The notes: generated by a model not told the origin, from the sequence alone. 51,777 nt of DNA from Gammaproteobacteria bacterium (GCA_018224385.1 JAGTVB010000058.1:1-51777), one strand, 5' to 3'. Positions 19,172-29,814 are shown, counted from the stretch's first letter. Numbers and translations are program-made.

Positions 19172-19218
19172 TATTGTTTAGGAACGGGGATCGCGAGGCT
19201 TGGCCGATGGCAGCGCGG

Positions 19219-19803
19219 TCAAAACGGATTCCAAGAAGGCTTGCGTCGATAGTGCATATAGCCGACGTTGATTCCCGAACGCAGTCCGGCACCAAAGCGG
19301 ATGGGGGCAAGCACGGTGCTGCCGGCCTGCTGATAGTTGACGCTTACCCCGGCGACGAAGTAGAGACTGCCATCGACCGCCGGAAAGCGTTGATAAATGC
19401 TCTCGGGAGCCTCCAGATTATACACCAGGACGAACACTTTGGAGGCATTGCCCCCGGCGTCGAAACCCACTGAGGGCCCTGACCAATGCACCCGGCGTTG
19501 GCCATGCCCTTTGAGGCTCAGTAGGCCGTCACCGTAGCGCGCGCCAACGACGAGGGCGCCGCTCACCTCTTGGCCCATGATGTAGCCGTTGGGCTTTCCC
19601 TGTTCCTGAAAAACCCGCTCCACAACCTTGGCCAGCCCTTGCGCGCCCTGCCCGAAAAAGTCTGTGGCTTCTCGCAACACGGACTGCTGATCATAGGTCG
19701 TATCGCGGCGCACCGCGGGATTCGGCTCTCCCGCTCTAACCTCTGGCGCAATCAGCAGCCAAAGGGTCACTACGAGCAGTGTGTTGGTCGCATGCCGGAT
19801 CAT
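19219..19803 (-). CDS. Periplasmic DUF1134-family protein
   Basis: The ATG at 19803 gives a signal peptide (MIRHATNTLLVVTLWLLIAPEVRA). The conserved core is YIMGQEVSGALVVGARYGDG...WSGPSVGFDAGGN...LVYNL...IRFGAGLRSGINVGYMHY. The longer track ORF (to 20103) runs into the upstream permease gene and is rejected. Confidence 0.65.
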   Translation of the reverse strand: MIRHATNTLLVVTLWLLIAPEVRAGEPNPAVRRDTTYDQQSVLREATDFFGQGAQGLAKVVERVFQEQGKPNGYIMGQEVSGALVVGARYGDGLLSLKGHGQRRVHWSGPSVGFDAGGNASKVFVLVYNLEAPESIYQRFPAVDGSLYFVAGVSVNYQQAGSTVLAPIRFGAGLRSGINVGYMHYRRKPSWNPF

Positions 19804-19943
19804 AAAACGCTCCCTCCCGGTAGCATCGAAAGGCAAACAACGAAGCCACCGCAGCACGTTTTGGGTGAGCGCGCCGCGGAACGAGCAGGTATTAGCAACA
19901 TCAGTACCAACGGTGTTTGAGCGCCGCCGTTCTGGCCATGCCC

Positions 19944-22469
19944 TTAGGTGGCGCGCAAGCTCGCGTTGGGGGGCATGGCGAGCACCGAGCGCGTACCCAC
20001 GAGACCGGCGAGCCCCGCACTGGCGGCGCCACCGAGGATGCCCAGTATCCCGAGCCAGGGATCGAGGTGGAGATCGAGATCGAAAACGGCACTGGCCAGC
20101 CATTTACTGAGAACGGTGGCGCCAAGCGTTGCCACGAGACCGGCAAGTAAGCCGAGTATCACGAACTCGCTGAGCACGCCGAGCATGACCCGGTTACGAC
20201 TGGCGCCGAGTGCGCGCAGGATCGCCGCTTCGACCTTTCGCTCATCCAGCGTGGCTTGAACCGCGGCGTAGAGCACGCCAAGCCCGGCAACGAGGGTAAA
20301 CAGAAACACGTACTGCACGGCGCGTATCGCTTGCTCGACGATCGATCGCGCTTTCTCCAGCAGCGCATCGACGTCCAGCACGGTGATTCCCGGGAAAGCC
20401 TGCACGAGACCGCCAAGCACCTGCCTTTGGGATGCCGGCAAATGAAGGCTCGTGAGGTAGGTTGCAGGGAAACTGTCCAATACACCCGGAGGCAGCATGA
20501 CGAAGAAATTTGCCTGGAAAGAATCCCAAGCCACCGACCGCAGGCTTTCCACCCTTCCCTCGATAGGTTGGCCCGCCACATCAAAAATCAGTTTATCCCC
20601 GACCCGCATTGCCAAGGTTTCCGCTAAGCCCTGCTCCACGGAGAAGGCGGGAACGGGACGCTCTGACGCGGCCCACCACTGGCCCTGCACCACCTGGTTG
20701 CCAGCCGGTAATTGCTCGCTCCAAGACAAATTGAAGTCGCGGGTCGCGAGCCGCCTGGCGCGGGGGTCGGAGTAGTGCGTTGCGGCGACAGGCTGGCCGT
20801 TGATCTGCCGGAGCCGGCCGCGCACCATGGGATACAATGCGGGTGGCGACAGCCCGTACTGTGCCAGGTGGCGTTGCACGGCGCCCACCTGGTGCGGCTG
20901 CACATCGAGTAGGAAGAAGTTCGGTGCCTCGGGTGGGAACTGCGCCTGCCAGCTCGAGAGCAAGTCGGTGCGTATGAATGTGAGCACCAGCAATACCAGC
21001 ATGCCGATGCCCAAGGCAACGATCTGCAGGACGCTCTCCTGGGGACGGCGCGCTACATTGGCAAGGCCGAAGCGCCAGGCGACCCCGACTCGGCTGCGCA
21101 GCCCGGTCAGCCCTTTGACCAGCAGCCTTGCGCTGATGGCCAAGAGGATCAATGTTGCCACGGCCCCTGCGAGGACAGAGCTGGCCAGCCTCGGCTCTAG
21201 GCCGAGCTGGTAACCGAGTGCGGCCAGGAGAAGGATGGCGCCGGCATAGGATGCGCGCATCGGGGCGGGAAAGTAGCCCACATTTCGATTCAGCACTTGC
21301 ACTGGCGATATCGTTCTTAGCTTCAGCAGCGGCGGCAGAGCGAAGCTGAGCAGCGTACCCATGCCGGCCGCCAAGCCGATCCCGATCGGCTTCCACGAGG
21401 GCGGTGGCAAGTCGCCGATGACCAGCCCGGCGAAGAGGTTACTGAGGATTGCTTCACCTGCGCGTCCCAAGGCACAACCCGCGAGGCCCGCCAAGAGACC
21501 CAGAACCAGTACCTGCAGGGCGAAAACCTGAGCGACCCAGCGGCTGCTCGCACCAAGGGAGCGTAACAGAGCGACACTGTCCGCATGGCGTGTCGCATAG
21601 CGGCGCGCCGCCAGCGCCACCGCCACGCCGGCAATCAACACGCTGGTGATCGAGGCCAGGCCGAGGTATTGGCTTGCACGGCTGAGCGCGCTGCGAAGCT
21701 GCGGGCTCGCTTGGTCGGTTCCCTGAAGGCGCTCACCGGGCTGCAGGGCAGTGGCGAGCTGCTTGCGAAAGCCTGCGATGGCCGCTGCCTCTCCCGCCAA
21801 CAGGAGTCGGTGGGTGACGCGGCTGGCAGGTTGCACCAGCTGTGTTGGTGCGACGTCGGCGATGTGCATCAGGACTCTGGGTGCAATGTGAAACAGCTCG
21901 CCACCCCGATCGGGCTCAAGAGCGAGTACCTCGGTGACGGTAAATTGAGCGGCGCCGAGGTGCACGGTTTGCCCGACTCGAAGGCCGAGGGCTGACAGCA
22001 GCCGCCCCTCGAGCCAAACGGTTCCGGGAGAAGGAATTGCCCGAGTCGGGTGGGCCGCTCCGAAGGGCGTTTTGGCCACCTCGAGGCGGCCGCGCAGCGG
22101 ATAGCCCTCGCTTACTGCCTTGACCTCCGCCAACTGGAATCGATCCCCGTGGGCCAGCATGCTGCGAAAGCTCAGGGTGTGCGCCGTGGCCAGCCCGTGG
22201 CGGTGGGCCTGACGGGTCCATTGGGGGTCGATGGGGTTCGATGACGCCAGCAGCAGGTCGGCCGCGAGCAACTCGGCCGCGCCGAGGCGCATTGCCTGCG
22301 CCACCCGATCGGTCGAAAAGCCCACGGCGGTGAGGGCGCCCACGGCGATGACCAACGCTGCGGCCATGACGCGAAGTTCACCGGCGACCAGCTCGCGGCG
22401 CAGCAGCCGAAGCCCCAGACGATAGGGGCCGAGGGTGATGCGCAAGTGGCTGCGAAATGATTTCGGCAT
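19944..22469 (-). CDS. ABC transporter permease, duplicated FtsX-like domains (YbbP-like)
   Basis: 841-aa polytopic protein with two FtsX-type TM bundles. It follows the ATPase gene by 9 nt. The tesA / ybbA / ybbP-type arrangement is conserved. Confidence 0.8.
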   Translation of the reverse strand: MPKSFRSHLRITLGPYRLGLRLLRRELVAGELRVMAAALVIAVGALTAVGFSTDRVAQAMRLGAAELLAADLLLASSNPIDPQWTRQAHRHGLATAHTLSFRSMLAHGDRFQLAEVKAVSEGYPLRGRLEVAKTPFGAAHPTRAIPSPGTVWLEGRLLSALGLRVGQTVHLGAAQFTVTEVLALEPDRGGELFHIAPRVLMHIADVAPTQLVQPASRVTHRLLLAGEAAAIAGFRKQLATALQPGERLQGTDQASPQLRSALSRASQYLGLASITSVLIAGVAVALAARRYATRHADSVALLRSLGASSRWVAQVFALQVLVLGLLAGLAGCALGRAGEAILSNLFAGLVIGDLPPPSWKPIGIGLAAGMGTLLSFALPPLLKLRTISPVQVLNRNVGYFPAPMRASYAGAILLLAALGYQLGLEPRLASSVLAGAVATLILLAISARLLVKGLTGLRSRVGVAWRFGLANVARRPQESVLQIVALGIGMLVLLVLTFIRTDLLSSWQAQFPPEAPNFFLLDVQPHQVGAVQRHLAQYGLSPPALYPMVRGRLRQINGQPVAATHYSDPRARRLATRDFNLSWSEQLPAGNQVVQGQWWAASERPVPAFSVEQGLAETLAMRVGDKLIFDVAGQPIEGRVESLRSVAWDSFQANFFVMLPPGVLDSFPATYLTSLHLPASQRQVLGGLVQAFPGITVLDVDALLEKARSIVEQAIRAVQYVFLFTLVAGLGVLYAAVQATLDERKVEAAILRALGASRNRVMLGVLSEFVILGLLAGLVATLGATVLSKWLASAVFDLDLHLDPWLGILGILGGAASAGLAGLVGTRSVLAMPPNASLRAT

Positions 22470-22478
22470 GGCTATTCG

Positions 22479-23186
22479 CTAGGATGTCAGGCGTCCGTTG
22501 TCCAGCCGGACGACGCGGTTGCAGGGATCCGCGAGGCACGGGTCATGGGTGACCAGCACCAGCGTTGTTCCCCGTTCGCGGTTCAATTCGAACAGCAATT
22601 CGGCAATCGCGCCCCCGGTCTGTTGATCCAAGTTTCCGGTCGGCTCATCGGCGAACAGCACCTTAGGCTGGGTGGCAAAGGCGCGGGCGATGGCGACCCG
22701 CTGCTGTTCACCGCCGGAGAGCTGCCGGGGATAATGGCGACGGCGGTGTTGCAGTCCAACGCGCTCGAGGATGGCCTCGGCGCGTCGCTTTGGCTGGGCA
22801 TTGCCTGCGAGCTCTAGCGGTAGCATGACGTTCTCGATGGCGGTGAGGCTTGGCAGTAGCTGGAACGACTGGAACACGAAGCCAACGAGCTGGCCCCTCA
22901 AGGCGGCCCGGCCGTCTTCGTCGATGGCGGTCAGATCGTGGCCGTCGAGGCGAACAATCCCCTTGGTCGGCAGATCCAACCCCGCCAGCAGCCCGAGCAG
23001 GGTGGATTTTCCCGAGCCCGAGGCGCCGATGACAGCCACCGTTTCGCCCGCAAAGATCGCAAGCTCGACGGCACTGAGAATGGTGAGATCACCCTCTGGG
23101 CTCGGTACGCGCTTTTCCACACCGCGCGCTTCCACCACGGGCGAGCGCGATTTCTGAACCTCAAACGGTCGCAGTTGTCTGGTCAC
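22479..23186 (-). CDS. ABC transporter ATP-binding protein (YbbA/LolD-like)
   Basis: Walker [10 protein letters not shown], signature LSGGEQQR, Walker [10 protein letters not shown]-loop VTHD. Confidence 0.9.
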   Translation of the reverse strand: MTRQLRPFEVQKSRSPVVEARGVEKRVPSPEGDLTILSAVELAIFAGETVAVIGASGSGKSTLLGLLAGLDLPTKGIVRLDGHDLTAIDEDGRAALRGQLVGFVFQSFQLLPSLTAIENVMLPLELAGNAQPKRRAEAILERVGLQHRRRHYPRQLSGGEQQRVAIARAFATQPKVLFADEPTGNLDQQTGGAIAELLFELNRERGTTLVLVTHDPCLADPCNRVVRLDNGRLTS

Positions 23187-23395
23187 GTGAGGGCTTGCAT
23201 CGACCGGCCAGGGTCAGCTTGCGTCCAGCGGTCCTGCTGGACCCGCCTTGGCGGCAAAGCGATTGCCGGTCTACCAAGTCTGAACACGATGTTACCCTCT
23301 GAACAGTGATGCGGACCAAACCATGACCCTGGCCCCTCGCCAAAACCTCCTGTTGGACCAGGGGGAGGTCAAATGTATCCGAGCCGGGATGAGTA

Positions 23396-24073
23396 ATGAG
23401 TTTACTTGGGAGCAAGGGCGCCTACGAGGCGCATTTCCAGGTTCGCCGCTTGGTCCGGTGGTGGAGCGTCATACTGCTGCTCATGGCAGCGCTTGGGGTA
23501 GAGGTTGCCTCGGGTGCTGCAGCGCCGCCCCCGGTGCTCTTGGTGCTCGGGGACAGCCTGAGCTCAGCCTTTGGCATCGAGGTGGAGGCGGGGTGGGTAC
23601 GGCTGCTGCAGGAACGGCTCGATCAGCAGGGCAGGGCCTATCGCGTGGTCAATGCCAGCATCAGCGGCGATACCACCGCCGCCGGGCTGGCGCGCTTGCC
23701 CCAGGCGTTGGCGGTTCATCGGCCGGCTGTGGTGCTGGTGGAGCTTGGTGGCAACGATGGGCTACGGGGGCTCGACCTGGGGGACATACGCAGCAACTTG
23801 GAGAAGATGGTGAGCCACATCAGGGAGAGCGGCGCGCAGGTACTGTTGGTCGGCATGCGTATCCCGCCCAATTACGGGTTTGCCTACAGCGAACGGTTTC
23901 ACGGCATCTACCGTGAGGTGGCGGCACGGTTCGAGGCGCCGCTGGTGCCGTTCCTGTTGGCCGGTGTTGCCGATGACCGGCAGCTCATGCAGGGGGACGG
24001 CATCCATCCGAACGCCTCGGCCCAGGAAAGGATCTTAGAGAACGTGTGGCCTTATCTTAAGGACCTGCTGTAA
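23396..24073 (+). CDS. tesA: SGNH-hydrolase arylesterase / thioesterase I (TesA-like)
   Basis: Signal peptide followed by the SGNH blocks GDSLS, GGNDG and DGIHP. It is divergent from the ybbA/ybbP-like genes, as in enterobacteria. Confidence 0.85.
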   Translation: MSLLGSKGAYEAHFQVRRLVRWWSVILLLMAALGVEVASGAAAPPPVLLVLGDSLSSAFGIEVEAGWVRLLQERLDQQGRAYRVVNASISGDTTAAGLARLPQALAVHRPAVVLVELGGNDGLRGLDLGDIRSNLEKMVSHIRESGAQVLLVGMRIPPNYGFAYSERFHGIYREVAARFEAPLVPFLLAGVADDRQLMQGDGIHPNASAQERILENVWPYLKDLL

Positions 24074-24098
24074 TTTGGCGTGATGGGAGATACCTCTT

Positions 24099-25223
24099 GT
24101 GCCAGGCAACGGGTGCACCAGGCGATTTAGCTGGGCTTTGCTGGCCCTTGGGGCGCTGGCCCAGAGTGGGTGTTCTGGATTGAGCTACTATGCTCAATCG
24201 ATCCACGGTCAGCTCAGCCTCCTCGCCAAACGCAAGCCGATTGCGGCGCTCAGCGAGAACCCCAAGCTTTCCGAGGAGCGGCGTCACGCGCTGCGCACCG
24301 TCCTCGATATCCGCTCCTTTGCCAGCGAGGAACTTCACCTGCCGGTGAACGCCAGCTATCGGACCTACGCCGACCTGGGTCGCCCCTACGTGGTTTGGAA
24401 CGTCTTCGCAACGCCGGAGTTCTCCCTGCAACCGAAGGTGTGGTGTTTTCCTGTGGTTGGCTGCGTGAGCTACCGAGGGTACTTCTCCGAGAAGCGAGCT
24501 CAGGCCTACGCCGAGCAGTTGCGTGCCGCGGGATTGGACACCTATGTGGGGGGGGTGCGCGCTTATTCCACCCTGGGTTGGTTTGCGGATCCGGTCCTGA
24601 GCACCATGCTCGATCAATCGCCTGCGGCGTTGGCGGCGGTAATTTTCCATGAGCTCGCCCATCAAAGGCTGTATCTCAAGGGGGAGACGGCCTTTAACGA
24701 GGCTTTTGCCGTCACCGTTGAGCGCGCGGGCGTGGAACGGTGGTTACGCACCCGCGGTGGTTTGCAAACGCTGCAAGCGTATCGGCGAAAAGGAGAGCAA
24801 CGGGAACGCTTCCTCGCGCTCGTCAACGCTACCCGCCGCCAGCTCATGGCGCTGTACCGACAGCCCATGGACGCCGCACCCAAACGTCAACAGAAGGCAC
24901 TGATCCTGCGAGGCTTGCAAGAAGCGGTGGAGCGTAGCGAGGAACTTAATGAAGCGCACGACTATGCGGTGTGGCTCGCCGCGGGCTTAAACAACGCCAA
25001 GTTAGCATCGGTAGCTACCTATTATGACTTGGTGCCGGCTTTTCAAAGGCTCCTGGCATTTCAAAATGGCGACTTGGCGGCTTTCTACCGCGCCAGTGAA
25101 GTGCTGGCAACGCTTGACACCGATGAGAGGCGTATCCTGCTCTCGGAATTGCTGGAAAGTCAGCCGATCGAGCTGGTTGCGCAACATCCGGCGAGTCAAG
25201 AGGACACCGCCCAGAGATTGTGA
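24099..25223 (+). CDS. Putative lipoprotein zinc aminopeptidase (DUF2265-type)
   Basis: Lipobox LAQSGC after the signal sequence, and a HExxH motif (IFHELAHQ). Length and layout match the family usually annotated as aminopeptidase. Confidence 0.65.
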   Translation: MPGNGCTRRFSWALLALGALAQSGCSGLSYYAQSIHGQLSLLAKRKPIAALSENPKLSEERRHALRTVLDIRSFASEELHLPVNASYRTYADLGRPYVVWNVFATPEFSLQPKVWCFPVVGCVSYRGYFSEKRAQAYAEQLRAAGLDTYVGGVRAYSTLGWFADPVLSTMLDQSPAALAAVIFHELAHQRLYLKGETAFNEAFAVTVERAGVERWLRTRGGLQTLQAYRRKGEQRERFLALVNATRRQLMALYRQPMDAAPKRQQKALILRGLQEAVERSEELNEAHDYAVWLAAGLNNAKLASVATYYDLVPAFQRLLAFQNGDLAAFYRASEVLATLDTDERRILLSELLESQPIELVAQHPASQEDTAQRL

Positions 25224-25314
25224 GAGAATTCATGCGGCCCACCGGGAGCACGAGGGATGGTGCAGTCGTTTTACTCACCTGCATGGCGCCCGCAACGGGA
25301 CTCGGCGCGGCGGG

Positions 25315-26055
25315 CTAGCTCGAGGGAGCGCACACGGCGGTTCGTTTCTTGGCGACCAGCAGCCCGTGGCGCTTTTTGACCTCGATGGCAAAGTCGAGCT
25401 TATCGATTTCCAGCGCCAGGTCTCGATCGTTCGGGTGGAAATGCAGCTGCTCCGGATCGCCGAATTTGGCTGTCTCGGCGCCGACCAGGATGAGCTGACG
25501 AACCGCTTCGCGATCCGGCTGGCTGCCCAGCAGCAGGTTGCGAAGGTAAAGCGCGCACTGTTCATCTTCGTCGGTACGCAGCTGCCCCTGCGAGCCCATG
25601 GCCACCAGCGTGACCACCCGCGGCTGAGCGGCCCGCACCACATCCGCGGTGGCGTGGGCTGTGAGCAACGAGGCCGCATAGAGAGCCTCACTCTCGCCGA
25701 CCGCGCAGACGCCAACGGTGCCGGCTCGCGTCGATTGAATGAGCGTTTTGCCCTGGACCGATGCCTGAGAAAGCTCGTAGGGTGAATTACCGAAATCAAA
25801 CTCCGGCGGTCTCTTTCCGTCCACCTCGCCCATGCACAGCTCACCGATCCCCGCCGCGCGAAGCGCCAGCGCGGCCTCCGGCTCGGCGGTCAGTAGGATC
25901 GCTCGGGCGCCCCGGGCGAATGCGATAGCGGCGGTGGTAAAGGCCCGAAACACGTCGATGACAATGACGGTGCCAACGGCGCGGCGGGCGCCTTCCACCA
26001 GGCTTTCGATGCGAACTTCCATGGCATGTAACGCTATTGCCGTTGATGAACCCAA
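25315..26055 (-). CDS. 2-phosphosulfolactate phosphatase (ComB) family protein
   Basis: The N-terminal VIVIDVFRAFTTAA motif and overall length are typical of the ComB family. Confidence 0.7.
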   Translation of the reverse strand: MGSSTAIALHAMEVRIESLVEGARRAVGTVIVIDVFRAFTTAAIAFARGARAILLTAEPEAALALRAAGIGELCMGEVDGKRPPEFDFGNSPYELSQASVQGKTLIQSTRAGTVGVCAVGESEALYAASLLTAHATADVVRAAQPRVVTLVAMGSQGQLRTDEDEQCALYLRNLLLGSQPDREAVRQLILVGAETAKFGDPEQLHFHPNDRDLALEIDKLDFAIEVKKRHGLLVAKKRTAVCAPSS

Positions 26056-26471
26056 GCCGTTCCGTGCCGTTGGCCCGTGATTTGGACTCGTGGCAAACGC
26101 GATTGTTCAGGATAGAACAGAGGGACCTGAATCGCCGCCCTGGCCATGATACCGATGCGCCCGGGACACGTTATGGCGGTGCTTACTTGGCACGGTAACA
26201 ACTTATCATTTTGAGCGATGGTTTCGCCAAGGTCATCGTTGCGGCACTTGATGAGCTTTGCGCCGGTGTGGCGGTCAATCGCCTGGTCATCAGCGTGCTT
26301 CTGCATGCATGCTGGACTCAAGCCGGCCAAGATAGGCTCACGACCTCCCGCAAGGCACGGCGATTGACCGCCTATAGCGTCCGGGCAGGGTTATGACCCT
26401 TTGAATGCGGATGCGGAGAAAACCGATGAGCATGCCCGAATGCAACCTAACGTAACACTCTACTGGGGCTA

Positions 26472-27323
26472 ATGGCTAGGATTCTGATTTTTGGGTGTGG
26501 CGATGTGGGCATCGCCCTCGGGCGCTTGCTCGCCGCCGATGGCCACCACGTCTACGGGCTGCGCCGCGAGGCGGGTGCCATCACCGCACCGCTGATTCCC
26601 CTGGTGGGAGATGTCGCCAAACCCGACACTCTCGAAAGTTTACCCTGCGTCGATTATGCGTTTTATCTGGTGGCGGCTACCGGCTATTCCGACGCCGCTT
26701 ACCGGGCGGCCTACATTGAGGGCGTCAGCAATGCCATGGCCGCCTTAGGGCAGTCCGGGGACGTACAGCGGTTTTTCTTCGCCTCCAGCACGTCGGTGTA
26801 CGGCCAATGGGATGGGGCGTGGGTGGACGAAACGGCGCCTGCCGAGCCAGACGGCTTTGCAGGGCGGCGGCTGCTGGAAGGCGAGCGTACCCTGACCAAC
26901 GGGTTTTTCCCCGCCACCGTGGTTCGCTTTGGGGGCATCTACGGACCGGGGCGCCGGCGTCTCATCGAGCGGGTGCGAAGCGGCAAGCCCTGCATCGATG
27001 ATCCGCCGCAGTATACCAACCGCATTCACCGTGACGATTGTGCTGGGGCGCTGCGGCACCTGATGGGCCTCAAGGCCCCGGAATCGCTGTATCTGGGCGT
27101 TGACTGTGAGCCTGCCGCGGAATGCCAGGTGATGACATGGCTCGCACACACGTTGGGAGTGGCCCCCCCGCAGCGGGTGCCGGCGAAGACGGCCGAAGTT
27201 TCGCCGCAGCGTGGTAACAAACGCTGCCGTAATGCTCGGCTGCAAGCATCCGCTTATCGCTTCAAGTATCCGACCTTCCGCGAGGGCTACCGTGCCGTGC
27301 TGGAGCGTTGCGACACCCAGTGA
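26472..27323 (+). CDS. NAD(P)-dependent epimerase/dehydratase-like SDR protein
   Basis: Rossmann motif ILIFGCGDVG at the N-terminus. Extended-SDR layout of about 283 aa. Confidence 0.75.
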   Translation: MARILIFGCGDVGIALGRLLAADGHHVYGLRREAGAITAPLIPLVGDVAKPDTLESLPCVDYAFYLVAATGYSDAAYRAAYIEGVSNAMAALGQSGDVQRFFFASSTSVYGQWDGAWVDETAPAEPDGFAGRRLLEGERTLTNGFFPATVVRFGGIYGPGRRRLIERVRSGKPCIDDPPQYTNRIHRDDCAGALRHLMGLKAPESLYLGVDCEPAAECQVMTWLAHTLGVAPPQRVPAKTAEVSPQRGNKRCRNARLQASAYRFKYPTFREGYRAVLERCDTQ

Positions 27324-27417
27324 ACCGGGTTTGCCCAATTTGGGTGCCTGTGCGGCCGCAGGCTCTCAGGGCTGAGGCGTACCGGCTGGCGAGCGGTGGC
27401 AGAGGAGCAATAGGCCC

Positions 27418-27849
27418 ATGTTAGTTCAGAAAAGCTTTTCCGTGGCCACGCGTGGGCGCGGGACCTACGACGTCACCGAGCAGATCCAGGCAGTGGTCGC
27501 GAATTCCGGTGTCCGTGCCGGATTATGCCATGTCTTTATTCATCACACGAGCGCGTCGCTGATGCTGTGCGAGAACGCCGACCCGACGGTGCGCCGCGAT
27601 CTCGAAACGTTTCTGTCGCGCTTGGTCCCCGATGGCGATCCTGACTTTCAGCACACCATCGAAGGGCCGGACGATATGCCCGCGCATATTCGCAGCGTGC
27701 TGACTCAGAGCGGATTGCAAATCCCTGTGGCGCAGGGGCGCTGTGCCCTCGGAACTTGGCAGGGGATCTATGTCTGGGAACATCGCTTCCAAGCGAATCA
27801 TCGCCGGCTCACGGTGACGGTCCTGGGCGAGCTGGCCGCTGGCGCGTGA
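27418..27849 (+). CDS. YjbQ/UPF0047 family protein (secondary thiamine-phosphate synthase)
   Basis: HTSASLMLCENADPTVRRDLE...GPDDMPAHIRSVL is characteristic of the family. Confidence 0.85.
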   Translation: MLVQKSFSVATRGRGTYDVTEQIQAVVANSGVRAGLCHVFIHHTSASLMLCENADPTVRRDLETFLSRLVPDGDPDFQHTIEGPDDMPAHIRSVLTQSGLQIPVAQGRCALGTWQGIYVWEHRFQANHRRLTVTVLGELAAGA

Positions 27850-27851
27850 TG

Positions 27852-28457
27852 TCAATCTCCCCACGGCTGCATGACATGGTGCCGGATATTGAGGTGATCG
27901 AGAATCCGCGCCACAACGAAATCAACCAGATCCTCGATGCTTTTCGGCCGATGGTAAAAGCCTGGATTGGCCGGCAGGATGACGGCGCCGGCGCGGGCGA
28001 GGCGAAGCATGTTCTCCAATTGAATGATCGATAACGGCGTCTCGCGCAGCACCAGAATCAGTTTGCGCTGCTCCTTGAGAGCGACGTCCGCGGCCCGTTC
28101 GATGAGGTTTCGGCTGTGGCCGGCGGCCAGCGAGGCCAGCGTCCCGCTCGTGCATGGGCACACCACCATGGCCTCGGGGGCGTTCGATCCGCTGGCAACC
28201 GGGGCGGTCCATTGCTCCTTGCCGAACACGCGGATACGGTCGGGCGGTGCGCGATAGTGCTCGCACAAGCGACGCTCCATGTCGCGCGGTCGTGTCGGCA
28301 GTTTCAGACCCGCTTCCATCTCCAGCACCACCCGGCCCGGGGTGGAAATCATGAAATAAACCAGCCGTTCTGCCTGCAACAATAACTGAAGCAAACGCAG
28401 TCCATAGGGGGCCCCCGATGCGCCGGTCATGGCGAGCGCTATGGCCCCGTTAGCCAT
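27852..28457 (-). CDS. ubiX: Flavin prenyltransferase UbiX
   Basis: MTGASGAPYGLRLLQ...VVCPCTSGTLASLAAG... matches the UbiX/Pad1 flavoprotein pattern. It overlaps the mpl stop by 8 nt, consistent with an mpl-ubiX operon. Confidence 0.9.
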   Translation of the reverse strand: MANGAIALAMTGASGAPYGLRLLQLLLQAERLVYFMISTPGRVVLEMEAGLKLPTRPRDMERRLCEHYRAPPDRIRVFGKEQWTAPVASGSNAPEAMVVCPCTSGTLASLAAGHSRNLIERAADVALKEQRKLILVLRETPLSIIQLENMLRLARAGAVILPANPGFYHRPKSIEDLVDFVVARILDHLNIRHHVMQPWGD

Positions 28458-29814
28458 GGGCGGCCTTGAGCGTTGCCATCAGGCGCTCGTGGATCCCCCC
28501 GAAGCTGCCGTTGCTCATGACCACGAGATGGTCGCCGGAGCGCGCTGTTGCCGCCACCTCATCGACAACCGTTTCCACCCGATTGCATACGTGGACACGC
28601 CCACCCAGCACCGCCAAGGCGCCTGGCAGGTCCCAGTGAATATCTTCGGGACGATACATCCAAACCAGGTCGGCCTCCCGCAAGGCCGGAGCCAGCGTGT
28701 CACGGTAAACACCGAGACGCATGGTGTTGGAGCGGGGCTCGATTATGGCCACGATGCGCTGTCTTCCAATACGCGCGCGAAGCCCGCTGAGGGTCGTGGC
28801 AATTGCCGTGGGGTGGTGGGCGAAGTCATCGTAGAGGGTGATTCCGTCGATCCGTGCCCTGACCTCGAGACGCCGCTTGACGTTGCGAAAGTTTGCCAAT
28901 GCCGCGCATGCCTGGGCCGGGGCGACTCCGGCATGCCGCGCCGCCGCCACGGCCGCCAGCGCGTTGTGCACATTATGCTCACCGATCAGATCCCACTGCA
29001 CCGTGCCCACCGTGAGGCCGCCAAGGAGGACCTCGAAGCGGCTCCCGTCAGGGTTGAGGGGATGTGCCGTCCAGCCGTCGGCGGGGCCCGCAAAATGCTC
29101 CAGCGGCGTCCAACAACCACGGGCCAGTACCCTGGACAGGTTCTGATCACAACCCGAGGCAATGATGCGCCCGCTCGCCGGAATGATCCGCACTAAATGA
29201 TGAAACTGCTGCTCGATCGCGGCCAAGTCGGGAAAAATATCGGCGTGGTCATATTCCAAGTTGTTCAGCACCAGGGTTCGTGCGGGATAATGGACAAACT
29301 TCGAGCGCTTATCGAAAAATGCGGTGTCGTATTCATCGGCTTCCACCACAAACAGCGGCGAGTCCCCCAGGCGCGCGGAGCGACCAAAGTTCTCCGGTAC
29401 ACCGCCCACGAGAAACCCCGGGCGAAGTCCCGCGGACTCTAACATCCAGGCAATCATGCTGGTGGTGGTGGTCTTCCCGTGGGTGCCGGCAACGGCGATC
29501 ACGAAACGTTGCTGCAACACGTTCTCGGCTAGCCAATGCGGACCGGAAGTGTACTTCAGACCCCGATCGAGCAGGTATTCGACCGCCGGGTTACCCCGTG
29601 ACAGCGCGTTGCCGACGAGCACACAGTCCGGTGCCGGGATGAGGTGGCGCGCCGCGTAACCGCTCTGCACGGCGATCCCCTGAGCGGCGAGTTGCTCGCT
29701 CATGGGCGGATAAACGGCGAAATCCGATCCGGAAACCTGGTGGCCAAGTTCTCGGGCAAGCCCGGCGATACCGGCCATGAACGTGCCGCAAATACCGAGG
29801 ATGTGGATGTGCAT
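28450..29814 (-). CDS. mpl: UDP-N-acetylmuramate:L-alanyl-gamma-D-glutamyl-meso-DAP ligase
   Basis: MHIHILGICGTFMAGIAGLA...AVAGTHGKTTTTSM... shows Mur-ligase architecture with an Mpl-type N-terminus. Confidence 0.9.
   Translation of the reverse strand: MHIHILGICGTFMAGIAGLARELGHQVSGSDFAVYPPMSEQLAAQGIAVQSGYAARHLIPAPDCVLVGNALSRGNPAVEYLLDRGLKYTSGPHWLAENVLQQRFVIAVAGTHGKTTTTSMIAWMLESAGLRPGFLVGGVPENFGRSARLGDSPLFVVEADEYDTAFFDKRSKFVHYPARTLVLNNLEYDHADIFPDLAAIEQQFHHLVRIIPASGRIIASGCDQNLSRVLARGCWTPLEHFAGPADGWTAHPLNPDGSRFEVLLGGLTVGTVQWDLIGEHNVHNALAAVAAARHAGVAPAQACAALANFRNVKRRLEVRARIDGITLYDDFAHHPTAIATTLSGLRARIGRQRIVAIIEPRSNTMRLGVYRDTLAPALREADLVWMYRPEDIHWDLPGALAVLGGRVHVCNRVETVVDEVAATARSGDHLVVMSNGSFGGIHERLMATLKAAHG

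Noticed and set aside
19804-20103. N-terminal 100-aa extension of the DUF1134 ORF
   Set aside because: The extension overlaps the 3' end of the permease gene and is Arg-rich nonsense. The Met at 19803 gives a proper signal peptide.
20593-21396. 267-aa antisense or alternate-frame ORF, and many similar ones, inside the ABC permease gene
   Set aside because: Same reasoning: the real frame (19944-22469) encodes coherent TM helices, and the others are compositional artefacts. The same applies to the numerous 60-200-aa ORFs inside 133-3492, 3806-6103, 15419-19171 and others.
25024-25844. Long ORFs (253 aa on the plus strand, 189 aa on the minus strand) overlapping the ComB-like gene
   Set aside because: They are shadow ORFs typical of GC-rich DNA. 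Their translations are Arg/Ala/Gly/Pro-rich low-complexity sequence with no motifs, whereas the 25315-26055 frame gives a clean ComB-family protein.
26056-26471. 415-bp gap with ORFs 26034-26330 (minus strand) and 26211-26396 (plus strand); considered as a small gene or ncRNA
   Set aside because: Neither ORF has an RBS or a recognisable motif, and the minus-strand ORF would overlap the ComB-like start. I could not identify any riboswitch or sRNA signature by eye. Left unannotated.
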